Source: Rhodoferax sp. (GTDB lineage Bacteria > Pseudomonadota > Gammaproteobacteria > Burkholderiales > Burkholderiaceae_C). From it: 64,000 bases of DNA. The position numbers and the translations under genes were made by a program. The stretch is from assembly GCF_030685025.1 (NCBI RefSeq), contig NZ_JAUXWC010000105.1; one strand, given 5' to 3'. Below, in pieces: positions 1 to 9,943 of the stretch (position 1 is the first letter of the stretch; every line of letters begins with the position of its first letter). The notes beneath the pieces were generated by a model, which was not told the origin of the DNA, made no database searches, and saw nothing but the letters and a program-made list of their open reading frames with translations.

Positions 1-990
1 GCGGCGAACGAAAAGGGCGTGCAGGAGCTTCGCAAAATGGTGGAGCACTTTGGCGTGGAGGTTGTGCGGGCCTACATGGGCCACGTGCAGGACAATGCCG
101 AGGAGTCCGTGCGCCGTGTCATCACGCGCCTGAGAGACGGCAGCTTCACCTTGGCGCTGGACAACGGTGCGCAGATCAGCGTGGCGATCCGGGTCAATAC
201 CGCCGAACGTAGCGCGGAGATCGACTTCACCGGCACGTCCGTGCAGCAGCGCAATAATTTCAATGCACCCACCGCTGTTTGCATGGCCGCCGTCCTGTAT
301 GTGTTTCGCACCCTTGTGGATGACGACATTCCGCTCAACGCAGGTTGTCTCAAGCCTTTGCGGGTCATCATTCCGCCAGGCTCCATGCTCAATCCAAATC
401 CTCCCGCCTCCGTCGTTGCGGGCAACGTGGAGACATCGAGTTGCATTACCAACGCGCTCTACGGCGCCTTGGGCGTGATGGCCGCCAGCCAGTGCACCAT
501 GAACAACTTCACGTTCGGCAACGCACGTTACCAGTACTACGAGACCATCTCGGGTGGTTCCGGGGCTGGTGGTGTGGTGGACGTTGACGGTGCGCTGGTT
601 TCGGGCTTTGACGGCACCAGCGTGGTGCAGACCCACATGACCAACTCGCGCCTCACCGACCCCGAAGTGCTGGAGTTTCGTTTTCCGGTTCGACTCGAAG
701 CCTATGAGATTCGCCATGGTTCCGGTGGCGCGGGCCAATGGCGTGGCGGCGACGGCGGGGTGCGCCGGATTCGGTTCCTTGAGCCGATGACTGCCAGCAT
801 CCTCTCCAACGGTCGCGTGCGCGGCGCGTTTGGCATGGCGGGTGGCCACGATGGCCAAATCGGCCGGAACCGCGTCGTGCGGGCCAGTGGACAGGCTGAA
901 GAACTCGGCCACATTGCCCAGGTTGAGATGCAGCCAGGTGATGTGTTTGAGATCCAAACTCCGGGCGGTGGTGGATTCGGCTCGCCCTGA
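1..990 (+). CDS. hydantoinase B / 5-oxoprolinase family protein, C-terminal part (5-prime end outside window)
   Basis: Frame is open from nt 1 (AANEKGVQELRKMVEHFG...) to the stop at 990. The protein has the HyuB/oxoprolinase C-terminal pattern (NFNAPTAVCMAAVLYVFR, AGNVETSSCITNALYGALG). Confidence 0.8.
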   Translation, partial: AANEKGVQELRKMVEHFGVEVVRAYMGHVQDNAEESVRRVITRLRDGSFTLALDNGAQISVAIRVNTAERSAEIDFTGTSVQQRNNFNAPTAVCMAAVLYVFRTLVDDDIPLNAGCLKPLRVIIPPGSMLNPNPPASVVAGNVETSSCITNALYGALGVMAASQCTMNNFTFGNARYQYYETISGGSGAGGVVDVDGALVSGFDGTSVVQTHMTNSRLTDPEVLEFRFPVRLEAYEIRHGSGGAGQWRGGDGGVRRIRFLEPMTASILSNGRVRGAFGMAGGHDGQIGRNRVVRASGQAEELGHIAQVEMQPGDVFEIQTPGGGGFGSP

Positions 991-1272
991 TCCACATTGC
1001 AGGCCGGTTGCGTGAATTTTTCACGATAGCCTCTGGGCATATTTGCCGGACAGCCTCCGGCGCGACTAGTATTCTCCTCATCGTGGCTGGCGAAATCCAG
1101 CCGGTTGCTGGCGAGCCCTGACTGGGGCCGAGTGATGCGACCGAGTGATGCTCAAGTTGATACCTGGCGCGCGACATGTTGGCGGCGTGAGGTGCGCTGG
1201 TGTCATCGGCGGGACACATGCTCAGATCAGGATATGCCTGTCTGACATGCAGCTTAATATATGGAGGGATTC

Positions 1273-1431
1273 ATGCTGATAGCTATCAATCTGCTGGTCG
1301 TGGCGCTGGTGGTCATCGGCGCGTGTGCGGTGTCATCGAGCGGTGCTCGGACCAAAGACACTCGATCAGCCGACGATGCAGCCACCGGGCCGGCGAAAAT
1401 CGCGCCAACTCCCAACACGCAGCAATCCTGA
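1273..1431 (+). CDS. possible small lipoprotein (52 aa), hypothetical
   Basis: Hand-translated: ATG at 1273 preceded by GGAGGG. Product is MLIAINLLVVALVVIGACAVSSSGARTKD...NTQQS, with a hydrophobic N-terminus and an IGAC lipobox-like motif. Too short for the ORF track. Confidence 0.3.
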   Translation: MLIAINLLVVALVVIGACAVSSSGARTKDTRSADDAATGPAKIAPTPNTQQS

Positions 1432-1448
1432 CTGCGCACGATCCATCT

Positions 1449-2219
1449 TCAGACGCGCCCAGCAATGCGGTAGGCGATATAGCCGACCAGTTCGTGCAGG
1501 GCCAATTGCCAGCGCTGGGCGCCTTGGCTCAGCGAGTATTCCCACCACGGGGTGTGCAGACCGGCGCGGAAGTCCACCGGGTACGCAGTCACATTCCATC
1601 CCGCCTTTTGATATGACGCCATGGCGCGTGGCATATGCGAGGCAGACGTCAGCAGCAGCCACGGTTGGGTAGCGTCGATTCCCGGCGTTGACGCGCTGAG
1701 CACCGCATTTTCATGGGTCGTGCGCGAAGCGGATTCATAGTGAATGCGGTCCTTGGCCACGCCGAGGCTGTCAAAAAAAACGGCTGCACGATTGGCCTCG
1801 GACGGCCCATAGCCGACCAGATCGCCCTCGCCTCCCGAGAACAGCATCAGCAGGCGTGGATCTTGACGCATCAGCACGACCGCCATTGTCATCCGTTCGG
1901 CCGCCGAATTGAGGGCAACTTGTCCATTGTCTTCCCAAATACGCGCTGATTCCAGCGCGCCGCCGAGCACGATCACGCCTTTGAATTGCCCGAGCTTGGC
2001 ATCGGGCGCAATGGCGGCGTGTTGTTGCTCCAGGTACCGCAGCAATGCGTCCGGCAGGGGTTGCCAACCCATTGACAACAGCGAAAGCAGGGCCACCAGG
2101 TTGAAGCGGCGGCTCCACACCGGACGCCGTCGCCGACTCATGATGGCCAATACCAATAGGGCAATCACCCAGCTCAGCGGCTGAGTGATCCATGCGAGCA
2201 GTTTTCCGGCGAAGAACAC
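1449..2219 (-). CDS. YdcF/DUF218 (ElyC/SanA-like) family membrane protein
   Basis: 256-aa ORF with a GTG start and an N-terminal TM segment. Contains the VLGG...SGG...TTHENA DUF218-type pattern. Confidence 0.7.
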   Translation of the reverse strand: MFFAGKLLAWITQPLSWVIALLVLAIMSRRRRPVWSRRFNLVALLSLLSMGWQPLPDALLRYLEQQHAAIAPDAKLGQFKGVIVLGGALESARIWEDNGQVALNSAAERMTMAVVLMRQDPRLLMLFSGGEGDLVGYGPSEANRAAVFFDSLGVAKDRIHYESASRTTHENAVLSASTPGIDATQPWLLLTSASHMPRAMASYQKAGWNVTAYPVDFRAGLHTPWWEYSLSQGAQRWQLALHELVGYIAYRIAGRV

Positions 2220-2234
2220 GGCAGGCGGCTGTGG

Positions 2235-2792
2235 TCAATCCGGCAGCGATGGCTTGGCCAGCGAACCAGCCGGCCAGTCGAGCGTGCCGCCAAGGTCCAG
2301 GTGCGTCAGGTACAGGCGCAAGTCGAACTCGATCTGATGGTACTCGGGCTCCATGTGGCAACACAGTTGGTAGAACGCTTTGTCGTGGGCGCGCTCCTTG
2401 AGGTGCGCCAGTTCATGCACGGCGATCATGCGCAGGAACTCGATCGGCGCGTCCTTGAACAGCGTGGCAACGCGGATCTCGCGTTTGGCCTTGAGTCGGC
2501 TGCCCTGTACCCGCGACACGGTGGTGTGCGTGCCCAGCGCGTGCGCCATCACGTGCAATTTGCTGTCAAACGCCACCTTGTTCAGCGGTTCGCTGCCGCG
2601 CAGCTTGGCCGCCTTGATCTCCTGAACATAGTCGTACAACGCTTTGTCGGTGCGGACCGAGTGGGCGCAACGGTACTTCTTCAGCAGCATGCTGCCCAGT
2701 TGGCCTTGATCCATCAATGATTGGACCTGTGCCAGCACATTGGCCGGATAAGCGGCCAGGTACTTGAGCCGCGATGGCGACTCAGGACTCAC
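2235..2792 (-). CDS. YgjP-like (DUF45) HExxH metal-dependent hydrolase
   Basis: 185-aa ORF with a HELAH motif near the C-terminus ([18 protein letters not shown]). The GTG start overlaps the lysS stop. Confidence 0.7.
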   Translation of the reverse strand: MSPESPSRLKYLAAYPANVLAQVQSLMDQGQLGSMLLKKYRCAHSVRTDKALYDYVQEIKAAKLRGSEPLNKVAFDSKLHVMAHALGTHTTVSRVQGSRLKAKREIRVATLFKDAPIEFLRMIAVHELAHLKERAHDKAFYQLCCHMEPEYHQIEFDLRLYLTHLDLGGTLDWPAGSLAKPSLPD

Positions 2793-4335
2793 GGCGCAAC
2801 GCCGGAAACAGAATGACGTCGCGGATGCTGGGGCTGTCGGTCAGTAGCATCATCAAGCGATCAATGCCAATGCCACAGCCGCCGGCTGGCGGCATGCCGT
2901 ATTCCAGCGCGCGCACGAAGTCGTGGTCGTAGTACATGGCTTCGTCGTCGCCGCTGTCCTTCGCCGCCACCTGGGCGTGAAAGCGCGCCGCCTGTTCCTC
3001 GGCGTCGTTCAGTTCGGAGAAACCATTGCCAAACTCACGACCGGTGATGTACAGCTCAAAGCGTTCGGTCACGCCCGGCTTGTGGTCGCTGGCGCGCGCC
3101 AAAGGAGAAATCTCGACCGGGTGCTCGCAAATGAAAGTCGGTTGCCACAACTTGTCCTCGACCGTCTCCTCAAAGTACATCACCTGCAGGCTGGCCAGCG
3201 AGCGGGTGGAGAGTTGGTGTTTGGCCTCGGTCAGGCCCAGCTTGCGCAGCGCATTGTGCAGCCAAGTCGGGTTGTCCACGCGCAGGCCACTGCCGTCGTC
3301 CATTGCCGCGCCGGCCTCGGTGTGTTTGATGATGGCTTCGCGAATGGTCAGCCGCTCGAACGGCTTCGACAAATCGACCGGCTTGCCATCGTAGCTCAGG
3401 TGCAGCGTGTCCACCGCCTTGTGGGCGCAGTCGCGGATCAATGCCTCGGTGAAGGTCATCAGGTCCTGGTAGTCCCAGTAGGCCGCGTAGAACTCCATCA
3501 TGGTGAACTCGGGGTTGTGGCGCACCGAGATGCCTTCATTGCGGAAATTGCGATTGATCTCGAACACCCGCTCGAAGCCGCCGACCAGCAGGCGCTTCAA
3601 ATACAGCTCTGGCGCAATGCGCAGGAACATCTGCTGGTCCAGCGCGTTGTGGTGCGTGCTGAAGGGCTTGGCGTTGGCACCGCCCGGAATCGGGTGCAGC
3701 ATCGGAGTTTCGACCTCCAGGAAGTCGTGCGCCACCATGAACTCGCGAATGCCGCTGACAGCCTTGCTGCGTGCCATGAAGCGTTTGCGCGCGTTCTCGT
3801 CGGTCATCAGGTCGACATACCGCTGGCGGTACTTCACTTCCTGGTCGTTCATGCCGTGAAACTTGTCGGGCATGGGGCGCAGGCTCTTGGTGAGCAGGCG
3901 AATGCTGCTGGCGTGAATGGACAACTCGCCCGTCTTGGTCTTGAAAACCTTGCCTTCGGCGGCCACGATGTCGCCCAGGTCCCAGTGCTTGAAGCTGGCA
4001 TAGGTCTCGGACCCAACGTCTTCACCCTTGACGTAGATCTGGATTCGCCCACTGCTGTCCTGCAACGTGGCAAAGCTGGCCTTGCCCATCACGCGCTTGA
4101 GCATCATGCGACCGGCTACCTTGGCGACGCTACCCTGTTCGAGCAAGCCCTCGGGTGTTTGGCCGGCGTGGGCCGCAAACAGGTCTGCCGCGTGGTCGGA
4201 GGGCTTGAAATCATTGGGGAAGGCCACACCTTTGCCTTCGCTCTGCTGCTGGCGGATGGCTTTGAGCTTTTCGCGGCGTTCAGCGATCAGTTGGTTCTCG
4301 TCCTGGGGGGCGGGGGCGGTGGTGTGTTCAGACAT
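2782..4335 (-). CDS. lysS: lysine--tRNA ligase (class II)
   Basis: 517-aa ORF with an ATG start. Has the class II LysRS pattern ([46 protein letters not shown]). Confidence 0.95.
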   Translation of the reverse strand: MSEHTTAPAPQDENQLIAERREKLKAIRQQQSEGKGVAFPNDFKPSDHAADLFAAHAGQTPEGLLEQGSVAKVAGRMMLKRVMGKASFATLQDSSGRIQIYVKGEDVGSETYASFKHWDLGDIVAAEGKVFKTKTGELSIHASSIRLLTKSLRPMPDKFHGMNDQEVKYRQRYVDLMTDENARKRFMARSKAVSGIREFMVAHDFLEVETPMLHPIPGGANAKPFSTHHNALDQQMFLRIAPELYLKRLLVGGFERVFEINRNFRNEGISVRHNPEFTMMEFYAAYWDYQDLMTFTEALIRDCAHKAVDTLHLSYDGKPVDLSKPFERLTIREAIIKHTEAGAAMDDGSGLRVDNPTWLHNALRKLGLTEAKHQLSTRSLASLQVMYFEETVEDKLWQPTFICEHPVEISPLARASDHKPGVTERFELYITGREFGNGFSELNDAEEQAARFHAQVAAKDSGDDEAMYYDHDFVRALEYGMPPAGGCGIGIDRLMMLLTDSPSIRDVILFPALRRES

Positions 4336-4513
4336 GGGATGCAGGTGGTGGTGAGCAGCGATGGCGCCGCCGGAATCGGCGGAACCGTTGATTTTAGTAG
4401 GCTGGCGACGGCTCGATGGATGATCGTGGCGCGCGCCGCGATCGCATGCCGACGGGGGGCGTCAAATGGACCGCGAAGCGCCCGCTATCATCAGGTCTAA
4501 CTCAAGAGAAGCC

Positions 4514-5083
4514 ATGCTCTACCAAATCGTCTCCCTGCTGCTGGAAGTTGTGATTGGCTTGCTCGCCGGTACATGCTTGCTGCGGCTGTACATGCAATTC
4601 CAGCGCATCCCGATGTCGGCGCGCTCGGGCAACCCTTTGGGGCGGTTCGTCTTTGCATTGACCGACTGGCTCGTGTTGCCGCTGCGGCGCGTGATTCCGG
4701 CCATTGGCGCCATGGATACCTCCAGCCTGGTTGCTGCCTTTGTGCTCGAATTGCTCCAGTTCTTTTTTCTCTGGCTGCTGACGGGAGCCAGCGGCGGGTT
4801 GGCGTCAGTGCCGGTGCTCGCTGCCTTCGGGCTGCTGAGGCTGGCCGTCACCGGCCTCAGTGTGCTGGTGATCGTCTATGCCGTGCTCTCATGGGTGCCA
4901 ACGGGCTCGATGATGACGGATATCGTGGAGCGCTTGGTCGCGCCTGCCCTCAGGCCGATACGGCGGCTGCTTCCACTGGTGGGTGGTATCGATTTGTCGC
5001 CGCTGGTGTTGCTGGTCCTGCTGCAGATCATGTCCATCATGTTGGGACACCTGCAAGGCGCCGTGCTGGTGCTGCTGCGCTGA
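4514..5083 (+). CDS. YggT family membrane protein
   Basis: ATG at 4514 (MLYQIVSLLLEVV...). Multi-TM protein with duplicated YggT-type segments (DWLVLPLRRVIP ... ERLVAPALRPIRRLLP). Confidence 0.8.
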   Translation: MLYQIVSLLLEVVIGLLAGTCLLRLYMQFQRIPMSARSGNPLGRFVFALTDWLVLPLRRVIPAIGAMDTSSLVAAFVLELLQFFFLWLLTGASGGLASVPVLAAFGLLRLAVTGLSVLVIVYAVLSWVPTGSMMTDIVERLVAPALRPIRRLLPLVGGIDLSPLVLLVLLQIMSIMLGHLQGAVLVLLR

Positions 5084-5119
5084 CCGCTGCGACAGCCCAA
5101 GCCGGGCCAGGCGACGCAA

Positions 5120-5992
5120 TTAGGCTACTGCGTCGGCCGGTTGGCGAAGCAGCATGGACAGCGTGTTGGCGATAGTCTTGCGCAGTTCACGGCGGTCGCA
5201 GATGAAGTCGATCGCGCCTTTGGTCTGCAGAAACTCGGCGCGCTGAAACCCCTCGGGGAGTGTCACCCGCACGGTGGACTCGATCACGCGGGGCCCGGCA
5301 AAGCCAATCAGGGCCTTCGGTTCGGCGATCACCACGTCACCCAAAAACGCGAATCCGGCACTTACACCACCCATGGTCGGGTCGGTCAGCACACTGATAT
5401 ACGGCAGGCCCTTCTTGGCCAGCCGGGTAAGGGCCGCGTTGGTCTTGGCCATTTGCATCAGGCTCAGAAGCCCCTCCTGCATGCGTGCACCACCGGTGGA
5501 GGTAAAGCAAATGAAGGGAACCTTTTGTTCGATGGCGGTGTGCACGCCTCGCACGAAGCGCTCGCCGACCACGGAGCCCATGCTGCCGCCCATGAACTCG
5601 AACTCAAAGCAGGCGGCCACTACGCTGATGCTGTGCACGGCGCCACCCATCACGACCAGCGCGTCGGTCTCGCCAGTATTGTCCATGGCCTCTTTGAGGC
5701 GCTCCGGGTATTTGCGGCTGTCCTTGAACTTGAGTGCATCCACCGGCAGCACTTCCTGGCCAATCTCGAAGCGGCCCTCGTTGTCCAGGAACACGTTGAG
5801 CCGCTCCCGCGCGCCGATGCGGTGGTGGTGGCTGCAACTGGGGCAGACGTTCTGGTTCTGTTCCAGGTCGGTCTTGTAGAGGACCGTTTCGCAACTTGGG
5901 CACTTGATCCACAGACCTTCAGGCACGCTACGCCGGTCAGCAACATTGGTTTGCTGGATTCTCGGGGGAAGCAGTTTTTCAAGCCAGGACAT
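5120..5992 (-). CDS. accD: acetyl-CoA carboxylase carboxyltransferase subunit beta
   Basis: 290 aa. N-terminal Zn-ribbon CPSCETVLY...CPSCSHHHR followed by a carboxyltransferase domain. Confidence 0.95.
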   Translation of the reverse strand: MSWLEKLLPPRIQQTNVADRRSVPEGLWIKCPSCETVLYKTDLEQNQNVCPSCSHHHRIGARERLNVFLDNEGRFEIGQEVLPVDALKFKDSRKYPERLKEAMDNTGETDALVVMGGAVHSISVVAACFEFEFMGGSMGSVVGERFVRGVHTAIEQKVPFICFTSTGGARMQEGLLSLMQMAKTNAALTRLAKKGLPYISVLTDPTMGGVSAGFAFLGDVVIAEPKALIGFAGPRVIESTVRVTLPEGFQRAEFLQTKGAIDFICDRRELRKTIANTLSMLLRQPADAVA

Positions 5993-6120
5993 GTGCGTTC
6001 CTTAATTTGTCGGGGACAGCGCTAACGACCTGTCCCGCAAGGTTTCAATCTGGTTGCCGGCCGGGGAGCTTGTCGCTTACCGCCCCGGCGCGTCACGCCA
6101 AGTTTGCGTTCAGGGGTGCA

Positions 6121-6942
6121 TTATGAATCCAAAGCTGCGCGGATATTTCGCAGGAAGTCGCCCGCCACCCGGACCACCTCGGACCGGGGCTGGTCCTCAA
6201 TGAGCTCAATCAGGCGGCTTCCGATGACGACCGCATCGGCGACAGCGCCGATGGTGCGGGCGGTGGCCGCATCGCGTATGCCAAAGCCCACGCCGACGGG
6301 TAGGCTCACGTGCTGGCGGATGCGCGGCAACATGGCCTCGACCGAAGCGGTGTTGAGCGTGCCTGAGCCGGTGACCCCTTTGAGCGAGACATAGTACACA
6401 TAGCCACTGGCGACGCGCTGGACCAGTTCCATTCGTTCGTCGGTACTGGTCGGGGCGAGCAGAAAGATCAAGTCCAGCCCCGCGGTTCTGAGCTCAGCGG
6501 CAAAACCTTCGCATTCTTCAGGCGGGTAGTCGACGACCAGCACACCATCCACACCGGCCGTAGCGGCATCGCGCACGAAGGCACTTTGGCCGTCGTGGGA
6601 CGCGCGCCGCTGGTTGTAGCGCTCAATCGGGTTGGCGTAGCCCATCAGCACGACCGGCGTGGTGGCGTCGTTCGCGCGAAACTCCCTCACCATGGCCAGC
6701 ACGTGGCTCATGCCAACACCAAAGCCCAGCGCCTTGTCCCCGGCGCGCTGGATCACCGGGCCGTCGGCGCTGGGGTCCGAGAAGGGCACGCCGAGTTCGA
6801 TAACGTCAGCTCCGGCCGCCACCATGCCGTGCATTAATTCGGGCGTGATGTCGACAAAGGGAAAGCCGGCCGTCACATAGGGAATCAGGGCCTTGCGTCC
6901 CTGTGTCTTGAGTGCTGAGAAGGTGGATGCGATGCGGCTCAT
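6121..6942 (-). CDS. trpA: tryptophan synthase alpha chain
   Basis: 273 aa with the TrpA pattern ([26 protein letters not shown]). ATGA overlap with the trpB stop. Confidence 0.95.
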   Translation of the reverse strand: MSRIASTFSALKTQGRKALIPYVTAGFPFVDITPELMHGMVAAGADVIELGVPFSDPSADGPVIQRAGDKALGFGVGMSHVLAMVREFRANDATTPVVLMGYANPIERYNQRRASHDGQSAFVRDAATAGVDGVLVVDYPPEECEGFAAELRTAGLDLIFLLAPTSTDERMELVQRVASGYVYYVSLKGVTGSGTLNTASVEAMLPRIRQHVSLPVGVGFGIRDAATARTIGAVADAVVIGSRLIELIEDQPRSEVVRVAGDFLRNIRAALDS

Positions 6943-8243
6943 TTCACCGCCTTGATGGTTTGTTGCTTGCTGGCGGCATCACCCTTTACTGACTGGCCCT
7001 GGCAACTTGGGCGACAGAAGAAGTCGGCGCCGCTCAGGTCGGCAACCGTGCCGATGTCCTTGTCGCCGCGCCCGGAAAGATTGACCAGAATCGATTGATC
7101 CTTGGACATGCTCTTGGCGAGTTTCATGGCATGGGCCACCGCGTGGCTGGACTCCAGGGCGGGGATGATGCCTTCGGTCCGGCACAGGTAGTGAAAAGCC
7201 GCCAGGGCTTCGCTATCGGTGATGCCCACATACTCGGCGCGACCGATGTCCTTCAGAAAGGCGTGTTCCGGTCCGACCCCAGGGTAATCCAGTCCGGCAC
7301 TGATGCTATGGGTTTCGGTGATCTGGCCGTTGTCATCCTGCAGTACATAGGTGCGATTGCCGTGCAACACGCCGGGGCTGCCGCGCTGCAGTGAGGCGCT
7401 GTGCTTGCCGCTGTCAATGCCTTCGCCCGCGGCTTCCACGCCGATCAGGCGTGTGTCCTGGTGGTCAATGTAGGGGTAAAAAATACCCATGGCGTTGCTG
7501 CCGCCACCGACGCAGGCCACCACGGCATCGGGCTGACTGTTGCGGCAACCCTGCGCCTGCAGCATCGCAGGCAATTGCAGCAGGCATTCCTGGCCGATCA
7601 CGCTCTGGAAGTCGCGCACCATCATGGGGTAGGGATGCGGCCCCGCGACGGTGCCGATGATGTAGAAGGTGTTGTCCACGTTGGCAACCCAGTCGCGCAT
7701 CGCTTCGTTAAGAGCGTCTTTGAGCGTCCTGCTGCCGCTTTCCACAGGCACCACGGTCGCGCCCAGCAGTTTCATGCGGTACACATTGGGGCTTTGGCGC
7801 TTGATGTCTTCGCTGCCCATGTAGACCACGCATTCAAGCCCATAGCGGGCGCAGATGGTCGCCGTGGCGACACCGTGCTGGCCCGCGCCGGTCTCGGCAA
7901 TGATGCGTGGTTTGCCCATGCGTCGGGCCAGCATGGCCTGGCCAATGGTGTTATTGACCTTGTGTGCGCCGGTGTGATTGAGGTCTTCGCGTTTAAGGAA
8001 GATCTGGGCGCCCCCCTGCTCGCGGCTCATGCGCGCGGCATGGTAGACGGGGGAAGGGCGGCCCACAAAGTGCGCCAGTTCGTACTTGAATTCAGCGACG
8101 AAGGCCGGGTCGTGCTGATACTTGGCGTAGGCGGCCTTGAGTTCGGTGATGGCGTGGGTCAGGGTCTCCGAGACAAAACTGCCGCCGTAGATGCCAAAGT
8201 GACCGCTTGGGTCAGGTTGTTGGTAATTCCCGTGGAGTGACAT
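6939..8243 (-). CDS. trpB: tryptophan synthase beta chain
   Basis: 434 aa with the PLP-lysine region ([16 protein letters not shown]) and GGGSNAMG. Confidence 0.95.
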   Translation of the reverse strand: MSLHGNYQQPDPSGHFGIYGGSFVSETLTHAITELKAAYAKYQHDPAFVAEFKYELAHFVGRPSPVYHAARMSREQGGAQIFLKREDLNHTGAHKVNNTIGQAMLARRMGKPRIIAETGAGQHGVATATICARYGLECVVYMGSEDIKRQSPNVYRMKLLGATVVPVESGSRTLKDALNEAMRDWVANVDNTFYIIGTVAGPHPYPMMVRDFQSVIGQECLLQLPAMLQAQGCRNSQPDAVVACVGGGSNAMGIFYPYIDHQDTRLIGVEAAGEGIDSGKHSASLQRGSPGVLHGNRTYVLQDDNGQITETHSISAGLDYPGVGPEHAFLKDIGRAEYVGITDSEALAAFHYLCRTEGIIPALESSHAVAHAMKLAKSMSKDQSILVNLSGRGDKDIGTVADLSGADFFCRPSCQGQSVKGDAASKQQTIKAVK

Positions 8244-9117
8244 GGACTAATTCTTCAAGTTGCTTGTCTGCCGCACGCACGGCGGCGACGAATTGATTGA
8301 TTTTTTCGGGGTCCTTGAGGCCCTGGTTGCCTGGACCAGACACCTCGACGCCCGAACTTACATCAACGGCCAGCGATAGACACCGTGGCCGAACCTGGAG
8401 AATGCCGCCAAGCACATTTGCAGCAGTGAGTCCACCACTCAAGACGAGGTGAGCGTTGACGTTTGCTGGAAGAAGTGACCAATTGAAAACCTTGCCTGCG
8501 CCACCATAACCGTCGACATGGGCGTCGAGCAGAATGGCTTGGGCGTTTGAATATTCGTGGACGTATTTTACGAGGTCGAAGCCGCCACCTGCTTCGCCCA
8601 AGGGAATGCGGGCGGCACGCAGATAGGGGCGAGCGCCGCCGCGTGTGGCCTGGAGGCAGTCCTCGGGTGATTCGTCGCCATGGAATTGCACCACTGCGTT
8701 GGGGATCAGTGTGCAGGCATCGATGGTTTGTTGGGCAGGCTGGTTGACCACCAGCAGCACGGGTGTGACAAAGGGTGGCAGGCGCCGGCTAAGTTCGCGG
8801 GCGCGTTCAGGTGTCACGCAACGAAGGCTCCTGGGATACAAGACAAAACCGATGGCGTCCACGCCAGCGGCAACCGCGGCATCGACGTCTTGCTCACGTG
8901 TCAGGCCGCAGATCTTGATGCGGGTACGCGCAAGCGCGGAAAATCCGCCGCTGGGCCGCCCCAAGGCGGATTGCGCCCCCTCGGGGGGCAGCACAGCAGA
9001 CGAAGTCGCAAGCGTGGGGGCAACCAATCCGCCGCTGGGCCGCCCCAAGGCGGATTGCGCCCCCTCGGGGGGCAGCGCAGCAGACGAAGTCGCAAGCGTG
9101 GGGGCATTGTTCATCAT
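8212..9117 (-). CDS. trpF: phosphoribosylanthranilate isomerase; the start is uncertain because of a repeat insertion
   Basis: The core TrpF sequence starts at [13 protein letters not shown]. The longest ORF starts at ATG 9117, in an ATGA overlap with the truA stop, and reads through two 28-aa repeat-encoded units. Alternative in-frame TTG (8964) and GTG starts lie inside the repeat. Confidence 0.85.
   Translation of the reverse strand: MMNNAPTLATSSAALPPEGAQSALGRPSGGLVAPTLATSSAVLPPEGAQSALGRPSGGFSALARTRIKICGLTREQDVDAAVAAGVDAIGFVLYPRSLRCVTPERARELSRRLPPFVTPVLLVVNQPAQQTIDACTLIPNAVVQFHGDESPEDCLQATRGGARPYLRAARIPLGEAGGGFDLVKYVHEYSNAQAILLDAHVDGYGGAGKVFNWSLLPANVNAHLVLSGGLTAANVLGGILQVRPRCLSLAVDVSSGVEVSGPGNQGLKDPEKINQFVAAVRAADKQLEELVHVTPRELPTT
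8942..9104 (+). repeat. tandem pair (period 84 bp) of a 79-bp REP-like element
   Basis: Unit 1 is 8942-9020 and unit 2 is 9026-9104, and they are near-identical. Shared blocks are GGGCCGCCCCAAGGCGG, GCCCCCTCGGGGGGCAGC and GCAAGCGTGGGGG. The same family occurs at 24873 and 49939. Confidence 0.85.
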
Positions 9118-9896
9118 GGCAAGCCATCATAGCCACACGTCTGCTCTGGCAGGCCCCAGTGCGCGGCATAGCGTGGTCCCAGAAAGTACAGGCCATCCGG
9201 TGAGAAAGTTGGCGCCGCCGCTCTTCGGTCATGCGCCAGCAGCACCTCAGTCATCCACTCTGGCGACTGGCGGCCTTGACCGATGTAGACCAGGCATCCC
9301 ATGATGTTGCGAATCATGTGGTGCAAGAACGCATTGGCTTCAAACTCGAATCGCCAATACGCCCCGCGCCGCGAGATGTTGATATGGTGAAGACTCTTGA
9401 CGGGCGACAGGGCCTGGCAGGCCGAAGCGCGAAATGAGCTGAAGTCGTGCTCACCGATGAGTCGCTTCGCGGCTTGCTGCATGGCGTTGATGTCCAGTGG
9501 CCTGCAAGACCAGCCCACTGTGCCCGCTTCGAAGCTGGGCCGTACGGGTGACTCGAGCAAGGCATAGGCGTAGCGTCGCGACAGGGCACTGGCTCGGCAG
9601 TGGAATTCGGCTGGCACCTGTCTGGCCCACTGCACGGCGATGTCCCGAGGCAGCAGTGCGTTGGGGCCGCGCACCCACGCGTGGGCGGGCCGTTGCACGT
9701 CGGTGTCGAAGTGAATCACTTGCATCACACCATGTACACCGGCGTCGGTGCGGCCACAGCACAGGGTCGAAATTCGCGTCGCGGCGAACTTGCTCAAGGC
9801 AATTTCAAGCTTGTCCTGAACTGTCTGACCGGACGCCTGGCTTTGCCAGCCTTGGTAGGGCTGTCCGTTGTAGCTGACTGCGAGGGCCAACCTCAC
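9114..9896 (-). CDS. truA: tRNA pseudouridine(38-40) synthase
   Basis: 260 aa with a GTG start. Has the TruA pattern (GRTDAGVHG catalytic Asp region). Confidence 0.9.
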   Translation of the reverse strand: MRLALAVSYNGQPYQGWQSQASGQTVQDKLEIALSKFAATRISTLCCGRTDAGVHGVMQVIHFDTDVQRPAHAWVRGPNALLPRDIAVQWARQVPAEFHCRASALSRRYAYALLESPVRPSFEAGTVGWSCRPLDINAMQQAAKRLIGEHDFSSFRASACQALSPVKSLHHINISRRGAYWRFEFEANAFLHHMIRNIMGCLVYIGQGRQSPEWMTEVLLAHDRRAAAPTFSPDGLYFLGPRYAAHWGLPEQTCGYDGLP

Positions 9897-9943
9897 GGCG
9901 AACTCACGCCGCAGTCACGACTGGATCGTGACCGCGATGCCCA

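Noticed and set aside
1128-1151. Direct repeat CCGAGTGATGC GA CCGAGTGATGC in the spacer after the oxoprolinase gene.
   Set aside because: It is a single short duplication with no adjacent promoter elements or partner gene that I can link it to. It is most likely a slippage duplication.
8942-9104. Whether the 84-bp tandem repeats (also at 24873-25028) could be a CRISPR array.
   Set aside because: There are only two units per site. The units are separated by 5-11 nt rather than unique spacers of about 30 nt. There are no cas genes, and the units are far longer than CRISPR repeats.
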